A stretch of DNA of 57,077 nt. Origin: an uncultured Candidatus Saccharibacteria bacterium (GTDB lineage Bacteria > Patescibacteriota > Minisyncoccia > UBA6257 > 2-01-FULL-56-20). The notes beneath the pieces are model-generated. The model was not told where the DNA came from. It searched no databases and worked only from the letters and a program-made list of their open reading frames with translations. The stretch is taken from contig CAYHXC010000009.1 of the NCBI GenBank assembly GCA_964360585.1, positions 1-57,077 of the forward strand, written 5' to 3'. The stretch's first letter is position 1, and every line of letters starts with the position of its first letter. A program made the translations under genes and the position numbers. This document shows, piece by piece, positions 25,930-35,068 of the stretch.

Positions 25930-27099
25930 ATGAGGTCCAAAGAAGAAAAAATCAAAGATCTATTGGAGCGAGGCGTGGAAGGGGTGATCAAAAAAGATGT
26001 TTTGGAGAAACAGCTTCACGGCACGAAAAAATTGCGTATCAAGTTTGGCATTGATCCCACCGCGCCAGATCTCCATCTTGGCCACGCGGTGGTCTTACGA
26101 AAACTGCGCGCTTTTCAGGATTTAGGGCACAAGCTGGTTTTAATCATCGGCGACTTCACGGCCCAGATTGGCGATCCAACGGGAAAAAATAAAACCCGAC
26201 CACCACTTACGGAGAAGGAGATTAAGGCCAATCTCAAAAACTATTTAAAAGAAGCAGGGAAGATCATTGATATCAGGAAAGCGGAGGTTCATTACAATAG
26301 TAAGTGGCTCAAAAAACTGCAGGGGAAGGAACTGGTGCATCTTTTGAGTTTGGTCAGTGTTCAGCAGATGATCGAGCGCGATGACTTTTCAAAACGCCTC
26401 AAAGCAGGGGAGACAATTCGTATTCACGAACTCGTCTATCCGATTATGCAGGGATACGACTCGGTTGTGGTCAAAGCCGATGTGGAGTGCGGCGGCAATG
26501 ATCAGACGTTTAACTTGCTCACGGGGCGGACACTGATGGAGAAGTTTAATCTTCCGCCACAGAATGTTTTCATCACGCCGCTTCTCGAGGGCTTGGATGG
26601 TGAGAAGAAGATGAGCAAGTCATTGGGGAATTATATTGGTTTAACGGAAAGTGCGGATTCAATGTTCGGGAAAATTATGTCCTTACCGGATCGTTTGATG
26701 AAAAAATATTTTGAACTATGCACCGATCTTTCCGAAATCAAAATAAAAGAATATGTAGGCGGTTCGCCGCGGGATGCCAAAGTGACGTTAGCTCGTGAGA
26801 TTGTGGCTTTATATCACGATAAGAAAAAAGCTGCGGTAGCTGAGGAAAAGTTTGATCGAGTATTTTCTAAGAAAGAAATTAGCGAAAAAGACTATATCGC
26901 CCTCTCGGAAATTTCCGGCGGGAATAATGTGGTCTATGTGGTCGAGAGTGGCGTGGCGAAAAGTAATAGCGAAGCGCGCCGACTCATTCAGCAAGGCGGG
27001 TTAGAAGTGAATGAAAAAAAAGACACCAGTCCTTATAGCAATCCCAAGAAGGGAGATGTTTTGAAAATAGGGAAACGCCATTTTTTCCGGATTAAGTAA
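25930..27099 (+). CDS. tyrS: Tyrosyl-tRNA synthetase
   Basis: HIGH-type motif DLHLGH, KMSKS motif KKMSKSLGN, and a C-terminal S4-like domain (SEARRLIQQGGLEVN). Start at ATG 25930. Confidence 0.9.
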   Translation: MRSKEEKIKDLLERGVEGVIKKDVLEKQLHGTKKLRIKFGIDPTAPDLHLGHAVVLRKLRAFQDLGHKLVLIIGDFTAQIGDPTGKNKTRPPLTEKEIKANLKNYLKEAGKIIDIRKAEVHYNSKWLKKLQGKELVHLLSLVSVQQMIERDDFSKRLKAGETIRIHELVYPIMQGYDSVVVKADVECGGNDQTFNLLTGRTLMEKFNLPPQNVFITPLLEGLDGEKKMSKSLGNYIGLTESADSMFGKIMSLPDRLMKKYFELCTDLSEIKIKEYVGGSPRDAKVTLAREIVALYHDKKKAAVAEEKFDRVFSKKEISEKDYIALSEISGGNNVVYVVESGVAKSNSEARRLIQQGGLEVNEKKDTSPYSNPKKGDVLKIGKRHFFRIK

Positions 27100-27240
27100 T
27101 ATTGAATACCCTTCGACTACGTTCCTTCAGTAAACTCAGGACAAGTCAGGGTTATTTTCTGTCGCGTTGCGACAGAAAATGAACTACCACGGCGTTACCG
27201 CCGTGGTTTCCCATACAGCTCAAGCTGCGCTTGTCCGCCT

Positions 27241-27500
27241 GTCATTGCGAGCAAAGCGAAGCAATCTAGATTGCCACGTCGTCCGACAATTGCCGGACTC
27301 CTCGCAATGGGCATATTAGTCAGAAATGTGTGCTATTCTACCCCGATCTGTAGAGGAAAATACGACTGGATATGCGTATAGGTCACCTAGTGCAATTCTC
27401 TCCGATTAAAGTGGTTCAATCACTTTTCTCAATAACCGAGATTCTATCAGCATACATCTGATCTCCAGCACACATTTCTGACTAATATGCCCGCAATGAC
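27241..27500. repeat. GTCATTGCGAG...CTCGCAATGAC palindromic repeat, copy 2, interrupted by a nested MITE
   Basis: It begins gtcattgcgagcaaagcgaagcaatctagattgccacg. Its right end ctcgcaat|gac is split by the element at 27309-27492. Confidence 0.75.
27309..27492. mobile_element. 184-bp MITE-like element with perfect 26-bp terminal inverted repeats and a 5-bp target duplication
   Basis: gggcatattagtcagaaatgtgtgct (27309-27334) is the exact reverse complement of agcacacatttctgactaatatgccc (27467-27492). It is flanked by GCAAT (27304-08) and GCAAT (27493-97). Confidence 0.8.
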
Positions 27501-27602
27501 AATACGGATATGCCCCGTATCCACGGCCTCACGGCCGTGGTTTTGGCATGGAACTTTGGCATATAAAAAAGACTCGCCTGCGGACAGGGGAGTCTTATGA
27601 TG

Positions 27603-28619
27603 TTAGGAAAGAGCTCGAGAGGCACGCACGATCTCCTCAAGCTTTTGAGCTGCTGTTCCCAACTCGATTGTTTCACGAGCCAGGAAAAGCGCATGACGGA
27701 GAGTGCACTGTCTCGCGACCGAAAGAGGTAGAGCAGCATTCAAGAGTATCATATCGAGGGCTGTTCCTTCTTTGCCCTTGAGAACCTTGAGGATCAGATC
27801 GGCTGATCCTTCGGGATCTTTTACTTGGACATCGTTTGGGATTCCGTGGGAGATCCCCGTTTCCTCCAAGTAGATGTAGTAACTCTTCTTTTCTGCTGCT
27901 CCAATTTGTCGTACGCACGTTGCTGACCCGACGGATACTTCGTCCATTCCATCAAGCGCGGTGACCGCAAGACCGACCGATCCCTCGGAAAACAGAGCAT
28001 CGCTATAAAGAGAGAGTTGTTCTTGGAATTTACCCGCCACTCCCAATATGCGATACGGTCTTGCAGGATTGGGGAGGAAAACAATCTGGTTGAAAATCGT
28101 GGCCACTCCCAGATCCTGTCTCGCCTCCGAAATATATCGCATGTTCGGATGAAAGCGAGGAGCATAGAGAAATGCAAATCCTGTTCTTCGAAAACACTCG
28201 ATGATGGCTGCTGGCGAGAGATCAATGTTTACCCCAAGTAGCTTGAGAACGTCAGCCGCCCCAGATTTCGAGGAGAAACTTTTACTGCCATACTTCGCCA
28301 CACCCACGCCTGCCGCCGCGAGCACAATGGCCGCCGCCGTGGAGACGTTGAATGGCTTGATTCCGGAGCCGCCTGTGCCACAGACATCGAAAGCCGGACG
28401 GGGAAGCGTGATGGTTCGCATACCAGCACGAACAGCCTGATAGGCGCCCCACCAACGATCCTTCGTTAGTGGTTCGTTGTTCCAGGTCAACAAGATTTTG
28501 CGAATCTCGTTCGTCGGCATTTCGCCAGACATCATTTTACTGACGGTGGCGTATGTCCCGAAATCGAACGGACGATTCTCTCTTGCCCATAGATCAACCG
28601 GATAACTTATTCTGTTCAC
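27603..28619 (-). CDS. TrpD-family (glycosyl transferase family 3) phosphoribosyltransferase-like protein
   Basis: 338 aa. FDVCGTGGSGIKPFNVSTAAAIVLAAAGVGVAKYGSKS matches the anthranilate PRTase / nucleoside phosphorylase family signature. No other trp genes are nearby. Confidence 0.75.
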   Translation of the reverse strand: MNRISYPVDLWARENRPFDFGTYATVSKMMSGEMPTNEIRKILLTWNNEPLTKDRWWGAYQAVRAGMRTITLPRPAFDVCGTGGSGIKPFNVSTAAAIVLAAAGVGVAKYGSKSFSSKSGAADVLKLLGVNIDLSPAAIIECFRRTGFAFLYAPRFHPNMRYISEARQDLGVATIFNQIVFLPNPARPYRILGVAGKFQEQLSLYSDALFSEGSVGLAVTALDGMDEVSVGSATCVRQIGAAEKKSYYIYLEETGISHGIPNDVQVKDPEGSADLILKVLKGKEGTALDMILLNAALPLSVARQCTLRHALFLARETIELGTAAQKLEEIVRASRALS

Positions 28620-28702
28620 CCCGCACCCTCCTTCTGGCTGTAAAAAGCCCCACTGCTGTTTCTCAAAATAACAGGGGGACTACGAGTGTGTCAACGATGT
28701 CT

Positions 28703-28970
28703 AGAACCCATCTCAAAAATATATCCAGCCGCGATAGAGGAGAATTTAGAGGAAAACAAGAAATGACAACGAAGGTGTGCCCTGAGGCACAGCGAGGCGG
28801 AAATGACACCGGCTTCCTCTAAATTCTCCCTATCCTTCGGTTCCAAGAGTTTTGTCCGCCACCTTTGTTACTCCTCGGAGCCTATGCTTTGGCATATGTC
28901 TCCTCGCCGTGCCGTGGTAGGCGGACAAAACTCAAAGGAACGCGGCGGAGCTATTTTTGAGATGGGTTCT
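28703..28970. mobile_element. MITE-like structured element, family A copy 2
   Basis: It has the same 19-bp termini as 13926-14210. Internal differences include compensatory stem changes. Confidence 0.7.
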
Positions 28971-29262
28971 AAGGATTTTTCCGGACAACCACGATAGTGC
29001 ATTTGGTAACCAAGGCGGCCACGGCGCCAATAGCGGCGAGCGTAGGGAGAAGGAGGGCACCAACGGCACCAAGCGTGAGGGGAATTTCGATCACCGAGTC
29101 GCCTGCTTCGTTTTTGATAATAATCCGGCGAGCATTGCCCGCTTTGATGATCTCCTTAATTTTAGCCATCACCTCGTCGCCCGAGATGACGAACTCCTCA
29201 GTTTGTTCTTGTTGATTATTAGTCATATTGGATTTGGATTGTTTTTGCGCGCGGTTCAACAA
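28969..29262 (-). CDS. DUF4342-like small membrane-associated protein
   Basis: EEFVISGDEVMAKIKEIIKAGNARRIIIKNEAGDSVIEIPLTLGAVGALLLPTLAAIGAVAALVTKCTIVVVRK matches the DUF4342 pattern as I remember it. Confidence 0.75.
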   Translation of the reverse strand: MLNRAQKQSKSNMTNNQQEQTEEFVISGDEVMAKIKEIIKAGNARRIIIKNEAGDSVIEIPLTLGAVGALLLPTLAAIGAVAALVTKCTIVVVRKNP

Positions 29263-29421
29263 TAATTTTGGCTGGTGAATTGATCGTCTCTAGTTTGTGA
29301 ATCGCTTATACCCATTCCAATAATGAAGCCAGTCCAGAAGGTTAGAACGAAAACCACAATTGCAAGTAGTTTCGAATATCAGGTTACTTTGTTCCATTCG
29401 ATTTTCATATAAGTAGTATGG

Positions 29422-29964
29422 TTAAAAAGCGTAAAAAATCTTTTTATATCGCACGCTCGAAAGGAGTCGAGTGCATACGCGAATGAGTACGAATGAGATC
29501 AAGATATAGAGAGGGGCAATTATCTCATACAATGCAACAACACCAAGACCAAGGGCCACGGAGCTTTCTACAATGTCAGATACAAGCCATGTATTAACGT
29601 AAACTATATCTCCAGTCACTTTTTTATGTTTTGCTTTAATCATGCAGAGCCAGAGAATGTCTGTTGCTCGGTAAAATCCAAATGCAAAAAGAAAATAAGA
29701 TAAGCTTTGTTGTGCTGAGAATACGAGGAGAAACATGCTGAAAATAATAAGTGTATGAAGTACGATGTCGATCTCAAGGCCCAGCGTGTATTTCTTGGCT
29801 GCTGGATTGTAATCAATCCAATAGTCAACAAGGTTGAAGTACGCAAAAATAAAAGCGATGTATTGCCACGGTTCTTTTAGTTCTGGCCACCACTGAAAAC
29901 CTAATCCCAAGACCACTGCTACCATTATATCAATAAACTTCAATTGGAATCCTTGTTGAGACAT
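29422..29964 (-). CDS. Hypothetical integral membrane protein (180 aa, about 5 TM helices)
   Basis: Hydrophobic helices run throughout. No competing ORF. Confidence 0.65.
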   Translation of the reverse strand: MSQQGFQLKFIDIMVAVVLGLGFQWWPELKEPWQYIAFIFAYFNLVDYWIDYNPAAKKYTLGLEIDIVLHTLIIFSMFLLVFSAQQSLSYFLFAFGFYRATDILWLCMIKAKHKKVTGDIVYVNTWLVSDIVESSVALGLGVVALYEIIAPLYILISFVLIRVCTRLLSSVRYKKIFYAF

Positions 29965-30050
29965 GATAACACTGTATCACGTCTATAAAGTCGTAGCTAT
30001 CGAATAAAATTCTACTTCACAGAATTTTCTACAACCTAGCGATTCTCTTT

Positions 30051-30166
30051 GAACGGGCAAGGGGAAGCTCACGCGCTCGTTTCACTCGCTTCTCAAAACC
30101 CAGCGGTTTTAGTGTTTCCGCCTTGGAGAAACTCCCGTTTCCCCATCGCCCCTTCCCGTTCGATTC
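30051..30166 (-). repeat. Repeat unit B: degenerate tRNA-Gly 3'-end copy plus a 72-nt conserved block
   Basis: gaacgggcaaggggaagctcac (30051-30072) matches unit A at 18 of 22 positions. 30095-30166 is identical to 31355-31426. Confidence 0.7.
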
Positions 30167-30265
30167 TTCTTTATCCGGAAGCAACAAATCTGTCCGAAAA
30201 TGGCAGGTTTTTGCGGTCTCATAAATATAGGCATTTTGGAGTTAGAATTGTGATAAAATATTTGT

Positions 30266-31177
30266 ATGAAGGAAGGATATACCAGATTAATATGTGAGCT
30301 TTGTGGCGGAGAACACCTAACAGAGCAACATGTTGATACACTAAAAACAAGTGAGACTTCCCCTGAAACTAAGAGAAAAGCAATGGACAGAGTTATAGAT
30401 ATCCGTTCTCCAGATAATAAGGATATCCTTTTCCATACCCTTGGCTATACTCACCACATCAAGGACAGTCAATTCTTAGGGGGCTTATTTAACACCGAGA
30501 AGGCACTTACTACAGGTCTCGTTAGAAAAAAATTTGCAGACCGTATTTCGATGGAGCGAAGTCCATTTGGTCATATGTCTGACTTTGATTATGAAATTTA
30601 TGCTTACCCACGTAATTTTTATTTGTCTGAAATCACTCATTTTGAACCAATGAGTTGGTCGTTAGTGTTGGATTCAAAAGTAAAAGCTGACAGAGGAGAG
30701 CAGGAAGCAAGTATCAAGGGTAGGGTGAAGCCGAAGGATATCCTTGGTATTTCTGTTAGTCATAAAGTTTTCAGCACTAACATAAGGGAGTATTTTGACG
30801 ATGTTGTCGAATCGCAAGATAGCAGCAGTATTTGGGTATATTTTCAGCAATTAATGATCGTAGCAACGGATTTAAATTTGGAACTTTCTGAAGATGTAAT
30901 AAGACGCAGACAATCTCTAATGGAACTTTCTAAGAGTGATCTTGTAGGGTCATGGCAATTTATTTCTCAAGAATGTGCGAGTCTTCTTAAGGAAATACTA
31001 CTTCTTTTAAAAAAGGATGAAAGATTCCACAACATCGGTACGGCGGGAGATTATTTAGCAAAGATTGGAGAGAAATTCAACATGCCAACTTATAGCGAAG
31101 AGGCCGGACTCTTGTGGCCAGAGCTGCTAAGCCCCTTAGAGGTCTCAAAGTTTGTTAAGGAACGCACTTCTAAGTAA
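30266..31177 (+). CDS. Hypothetical protein (303 aa), island cargo
   Basis: A long AT-rich ORF with no recognisable domain. It is bracketed by the two repeat units downstream of tRNA-Gly. Confidence 0.6.
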   Translation: MKEGYTRLICELCGGEHLTEQHVDTLKTSETSPETKRKAMDRVIDIRSPDNKDILFHTLGYTHHIKDSQFLGGLFNTEKALTTGLVRKKFADRISMERSPFGHMSDFDYEIYAYPRNFYLSEITHFEPMSWSLVLDSKVKADRGEQEASIKGRVKPKDILGISVSHKVFSTNIREYFDDVVESQDSSSIWVYFQQLMIVATDLNLELSEDVIRRRQSLMELSKSDLVGSWQFISQECASLLKEILLLLKKDERFHNIGTAGDYLAKIGEKFNMPTYSEEAGLLWPELLSPLEVSKFVKERTSK

Positions 31178-31307
31178 GCGACAAAAAGGACGGTTGGTCT
31201 TACGCAACTATCAAATCTGTACATAAAATCCATTTGACGGCGTATTCGGGTTCTAACATTCTCCAAATTAAAATACCCATCTTGCGATAGGCATTTTAAT
31301 TTTGACT

Positions 31308-31426
31308 GAGCGGGTAAGGGGAAGCGAACAAAATTATACTGCGCATAATTTTCTAAAACCCAGCGGTTTTAGTGTTTCCGCCTTGGAGAAACTCCCGTTT
31401 CCCCATCGCCCCTTCCCGTTCGATTC
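31308..31426 (-). repeat. Repeat unit A: tRNA-Gly 3'-end copy plus a 72-nt conserved block
   Basis: gagcgggtaaggggaagcgaac (31308-31329) matches the true tRNA 3' end (31489-31510) at 21 of 22 positions. 31355-31426 is identical to 30095-30166. Confidence 0.75.
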
Positions 31427-31489
31427 CCCTACCATACAGAGAAATAAATTAGCCCAATCACAAGGACTGGACCAATTTATTTTACTCAG

Positions 31490-31561
31490 AGCGGGTAAGG
31501 GGAATCGAACCCCTGTTTTCAGTTTGGAAAACTGAAGTAATGACCATTATACGATACCCGC
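31490..31561 (-). tRNA. tRNA-Gly (anticodon UCC)
   Basis: The minus strand reads GCGGGTA-TC-GTATAATGGTCATTAC-T-TCAGT-TTTCCAA-ACTGA-AAAC-AGGGG-TTCGATT-CCCCT-TACCCGC-T. The cloverleaf closely resembles E. coli glyT. The discriminator is U and no CCA is encoded. Confidence 0.9.
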
Positions 31562-31694
31562 TTTCACTAAAGTTTCGGCGGGCAAGCCCGCCAAAGTTCA
31601 TCGATAATAAAGCCTTTTCAATCTATCGCATTTTAGTGTCAGCTTCAATACTTGTATTTTTGGAGGAGATTATGTAGAACTAGAACATATCAAA

Positions 31695-32321
31695 ATGAGC
31701 TTTCTGAATGAAATGGATCAGCTTTCCCGGCGCAGCAAAGTTGTCATCGCCTTTGTAGTTATGGTAATTGGCGGAGGCGTTCTCACCTATCTTATGGGCG
31801 CATCTCGAGGCGTTTCACCGGCCTTCACCGAAGCCCGGATGCAAGGCGCTTTGATTGCGCAGGGGATCGTTGATATATCAACAAAATCAACTGCGTCTCT
31901 TGAAGAAATAAACAAGCTTGATCGGGCGGGGAAATATGCCGAAGCGCTCACGCTCACCAATCAACTGATCGAAAAAAACAAAGAGATAAAAGAACGGGCC
32001 ATCGCGCTGTCCAAAGAATTGGAAGCAATGACGAAGGCGCTCGAGTCAATTGAATCGGAGCAGGCACGAGATCTGGCTCTTCGTTCTATTAGTAGTCGCC
32101 TGGCGATGATCAGCCGTCTCATTCAGTACAGCGACTCTACGGCCAAGCTTCTTGAGACTTTGAAATTACGTTTTTCCGGAGGTTCTTATGGGCAGACAAC
32201 GAATATCAAAGCGCTCATTGAAGAAATTAACGCGCAGGTGAACGCCATCAATAACTTTGATCGTGAAGCCCGCGATTCTATAAATCAATTCGACACTATA
32301 ACCAGCGGCGGCGCGAGTTAG
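31695..32321 (+). CDS. Hypothetical membrane-anchored coiled-coil protein (208 aa)
   Basis: N-terminal TM segment (VVIAFVVMVIGGGVLTYLMG) followed by helical heptad-like sequence. Confidence 0.65.
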   Translation: MSFLNEMDQLSRRSKVVIAFVVMVIGGGVLTYLMGASRGVSPAFTEARMQGALIAQGIVDISTKSTASLEEINKLDRAGKYAEALTLTNQLIEKNKEIKERAIALSKELEAMTKALESIESEQARDLALRSISSRLAMISRLIQYSDSTAKLLETLKLRFSGGSYGQTTNIKALIEEINAQVNAINNFDREARDSINQFDTITSGGAS

Positions 32322-32446
32322 TATCTCTTGGCAGGGAGTGGAGAGAGGCAGTACTATTACCGAGAAGCGCCCGTCCCGGCGCGCAATCTATGTAATAACG
32401 AAGACGGGATCCCGACACTTGCTGGCGTCGGGATAGCCAACAGACT

Positions 32447-32518
32447 GGGCCAGTAGCTTAATGGTAAAGCGCCATACTTATAATATGGTGACCGATGGTT
32501 CGATTCCATCCTGGCCCA
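32447..32518 (+). tRNA. tRNA-Ile (anticodon UAU)
   Basis: GGGCCAG-TA-GCTT-AATGGTA-AAGC-G-CCATA-CTTATAA-TATGG-TGACC-GATGG-TTCGATT-CCATC-CTGGCCC-A. The anticodon loop has U33 and A37, and positions 34-36 read TAT. Confidence 0.8.
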
Positions 32519-32800
32519 CTACTTCACTAAAGTTTCGAAGTGCAGGCACAGTATCCTTGGTTTCTTACCCGTCCGTAGCTTTAGCGAAGGCGGGGATCCC
32601 TGCCTGCCGATAGGCAGGCCAAGCGGGCGCACTATCACACACAACTAAAAACTAAATACTCAAAACTAAGGACCGACAGCGGTTTTAAGTTATAAGTTTT
32701 CTGTTATTAGTTGCGCCTTACGCGCTGAAGTTGATTGGAGAAATCTTGAACGGTTTCAAGAGAGCATAAAACTGTTCTTATTCTAATGTTTCTTATTCGC

Positions 32801-32826
32801 ATAAAACTACGGGTGTAAGCCCGTAG
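32801..32826 (-). terminator. Rho-independent terminator of ftsH
   Basis: The minus strand reads CTACGGG-CTTACA-CCCGTAG followed by TTTTAT, 10 nt after the ftsH stop. Confidence 0.7.
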
Positions 32827-32836
32827 AGATTCATTT

Positions 32837-34672
32837 TTAGGCGCCAAACACTGTTGGCTTGATGTGAAACGGTTTCAAAATGGCGTAAAATTGTTCCTGC
32901 TCCAACGTTTCTTTTTCCATTAAGGTCTCGGCAATTTTCTGGAGCGCTTTTTTATGTTTCTTCAGAATATCATGGGCGGCGTCATAGGCTTTTTGCATGA
33001 CGCTCTGAATTTCGTGGTCAATATCCATGGCGGTTTTTTCGGAGTAGTTCTTCTCGGTCGTCATCTCTCGGCCTAAGAAAACCATTTCCTGGGTATTGCC
33101 AAAGGTCAGCGGGCCCAAATTACTCATGCCATATTTGGTGACTAACTTGCGAGCCAGCTCGGAAGCTTCTTTGAGGTCGTTTGACGGGCCGGTCGTGGTT
33201 TCTCCGAAGGTTAATTTTTCAGCCACAAATCCGCCGAGCGCTACGGCAATATCGGCTAAGAATTGATTTTTTGTTTTGAGATGTCGGTCTTCGGTGGGGA
33301 GTTTCATGGTGTAGCCGCCAGCAAAGCCACGACTGACAATAGAAACCTTATGAACCGGGTCGGCATCCTTCAAGGAAGCGGAAACGAGAGCGTGGCCACC
33401 TTCGTGATAGGCTGTGATTTTCTTTTCGTTGTTTGAAATAACTCGGTTTTTTCGTTCGGGCCCAAGGATCACTTTTTCGACGGCCGAGTAAAAGTCATCC
33501 AGGAGAATTGTTGTTTGGTTTTTCCGACCAGCCAGCAAGGCGGCCTCGTTCATCACGTTCGCGAGATCAGCGCCAGAAAATCCCGGCGTACGCACAGCCA
33601 CTTTTCGTAAATCAATTTGGGGATCAATCGCTTTTCCGCGGCCGTGAATTTTCAAGATGGCTTCGCGATCGTTAATGTCGGGCATATCCAAAATGACGCG
33701 ACGGTCGAATCGTCCGGGGCGGAGGAGGGCTGGATCAAGCACATCCGGTCGGTTGGTGGCGGCAAGGACGATCACCTGGGTCTCTCGGTCAAAACCATCC
33801 ATCTCGACTAATATCTGGTTCAGTGTTTGTTCGCGCTCATCATTGCCACCGCCCATACCGGCGCCGCGCTGGCGACCAACGGCATCGATTTCATCAATAA
33901 AAAGAATAGAAGGCGCCGCTTTCTTGGCTGTGGCGAAAGCATCGCGGGTGCGAGCGGCGCCGACACCAACAAACATCTCTACAAACTCTGAAGCTGAAAT
34001 ATGAAAGAAAGGAACGTTCGATTCGCCCGCTGTTGCCCTTGCCAAAAGTGTTTTCCCGGTCCCGGGGAGTCCCACCAGTAAAACGCCGCGAGGAATGCGC
34101 GCGCCTAAGTCCAGGAATTTTTTCGGAGCCTTTAAGAAATCAACGATCTCCGCCAGTTCTTCTTTAGCTTCACGGAGACCAGCGACGTCACCAAAAAGAA
34201 CTTTTTCTTTCGGAATGGAAAGGCGTAAGCTCGAGCGGCCGAAGCTGAAGGCCTGGTTCATGCCGGAGCGAGCCTGACGGAACATGATCCAGAAAATAAA
34301 ACCGATAACGAGCAAGGGTAAAAGTGTTGGAACGAGGATCGCGGCCCAGAACTGGAATCCTGATTCTTCCTCAACGCCGATACTTACTTCCTGGAGGGCT
34401 TCGTCTGGGACTCCAAGATTTTTCAAAGTCACGGTCAGGCCGGATTCGAGTTCTTTTTTAGAAGTAGCGGTGTGGCCATCCTTATAGGTGGCGGTAATTC
34501 CTTCGCCCGCAACTGAAATTTTCACGATTTCTCCCGAGGAAATCGCTTTAGCCAGCTCATTCAGGGTAACTTTCTGAGGCGGCGCGCCGGTATTCAGAAA
34601 AGAGGAAAAAATGACCGCTATTAAAATAAGAGTCAGGGTGGCGCCAAGGACATTTTTCAAGAGATTGGACAT
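32837..34672 (-). CDS. ftsH: ATP-dependent zinc metalloprotease FtsH
   Basis: Two TM helices, Walker [14 protein letters not shown], Walker [33 protein letters not shown], and Zn motif HEGGHA. Start at ATG 34672. Confidence 0.95.
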   Translation of the reverse strand: MSNLLKNVLGATLTLILIAVIFSSFLNTGAPPQKVTLNELAKAISSGEIVKISVAGEGITATYKDGHTATSKKELESGLTVTLKNLGVPDEALQEVSIGVEEESGFQFWAAILVPTLLPLLVIGFIFWIMFRQARSGMNQAFSFGRSSLRLSIPKEKVLFGDVAGLREAKEELAEIVDFLKAPKKFLDLGARIPRGVLLVGLPGTGKTLLARATAGESNVPFFHISASEFVEMFVGVGAARTRDAFATAKKAAPSILFIDEIDAVGRQRGAGMGGGNDEREQTLNQILVEMDGFDRETQVIVLAATNRPDVLDPALLRPGRFDRRVILDMPDINDREAILKIHGRGKAIDPQIDLRKVAVRTPGFSGADLANVMNEAALLAGRKNQTTILLDDFYSAVEKVILGPERKNRVISNNEKKITAYHEGGHALVSASLKDADPVHKVSIVSRGFAGGYTMKLPTEDRHLKTKNQFLADIAVALGGFVAEKLTFGETTTGPSNDLKEASELARKLVTKYGMSNLGPLTFGNTQEMVFLGREMTTEKNYSEKTAMDIDHEIQSVMQKAYDAAHDILKKHKKALQKIAETLMEKETLEQEQFYAILKPFHIKPTVFGA

Positions 34673-34993
34673 GTTTGTTATTCTACGGAAAAGACCCAAT
34701 AGAGTCAAAGGATCTCGATTATTCCTTTTCAAGACACGGATAGAATTCTTGCGGAACTCTTCCTATGCTCCTGTCGTCACGGTCCACAATGTCTTGAAAA
34801 GAAACAGTTTCGATCGGGCTTACTTAATGTAGCGCTTTGCGCAGTTGAATCTTCAGACCTTTTTGTTGTGACATTTGTTTCCTGTATTTTTAATGAAGAC
34901 AGAATTTCTAGTGGACTTTAGGCCACATTTCGGTAGAATGGGCTTACATCGCTGAGTGTGTCGATCAGCCCTTCGACAAGCTCAGGGTAAAAT

Positions 34994-35066
34994 GGTGCCT
35001 ATAGTGTAATGGTTAGCACTAGAGTTTGTGGAACTCTCAGTTCGGGTTCAAATCCCGATAGGCACC
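34994..35066 (+). tRNA. tRNA-His (anticodon GUG) with an encoded G-1
   Basis: G-GTGCCTA-TA-GTGT-AATGGTT-AGCAC-T-AGAGT-TTGTGGA-ACTCT-CAGT-TCGGG-TTCAAAT-CCCGA-TAGGCAC-C. The G-1:C73 pair is typical of tRNA-His. Confidence 0.9.
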
Positions 35067-35068
35067 CA

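Noticed and set aside
30049-31535. ORFs 30049-30297(+) and 31302-31535(+) covering the 72-nt conserved block; also the idea that the block is a tRNA, because it contains gttcgattc
   Set aside because: The identical block is read in different frames in the two ORFs, so it is not conserved as protein. No acceptor, D or anticodon arms can be folded around the T-loop-like motif. ORF 31302-31535 also runs antisense through tRNA-Gly.
35009-35068. The N-terminal 20 codons of ORF 35009-35515
   Set aside because: This stretch is the body of tRNA-His. The ORF start was moved to ATG 35069.
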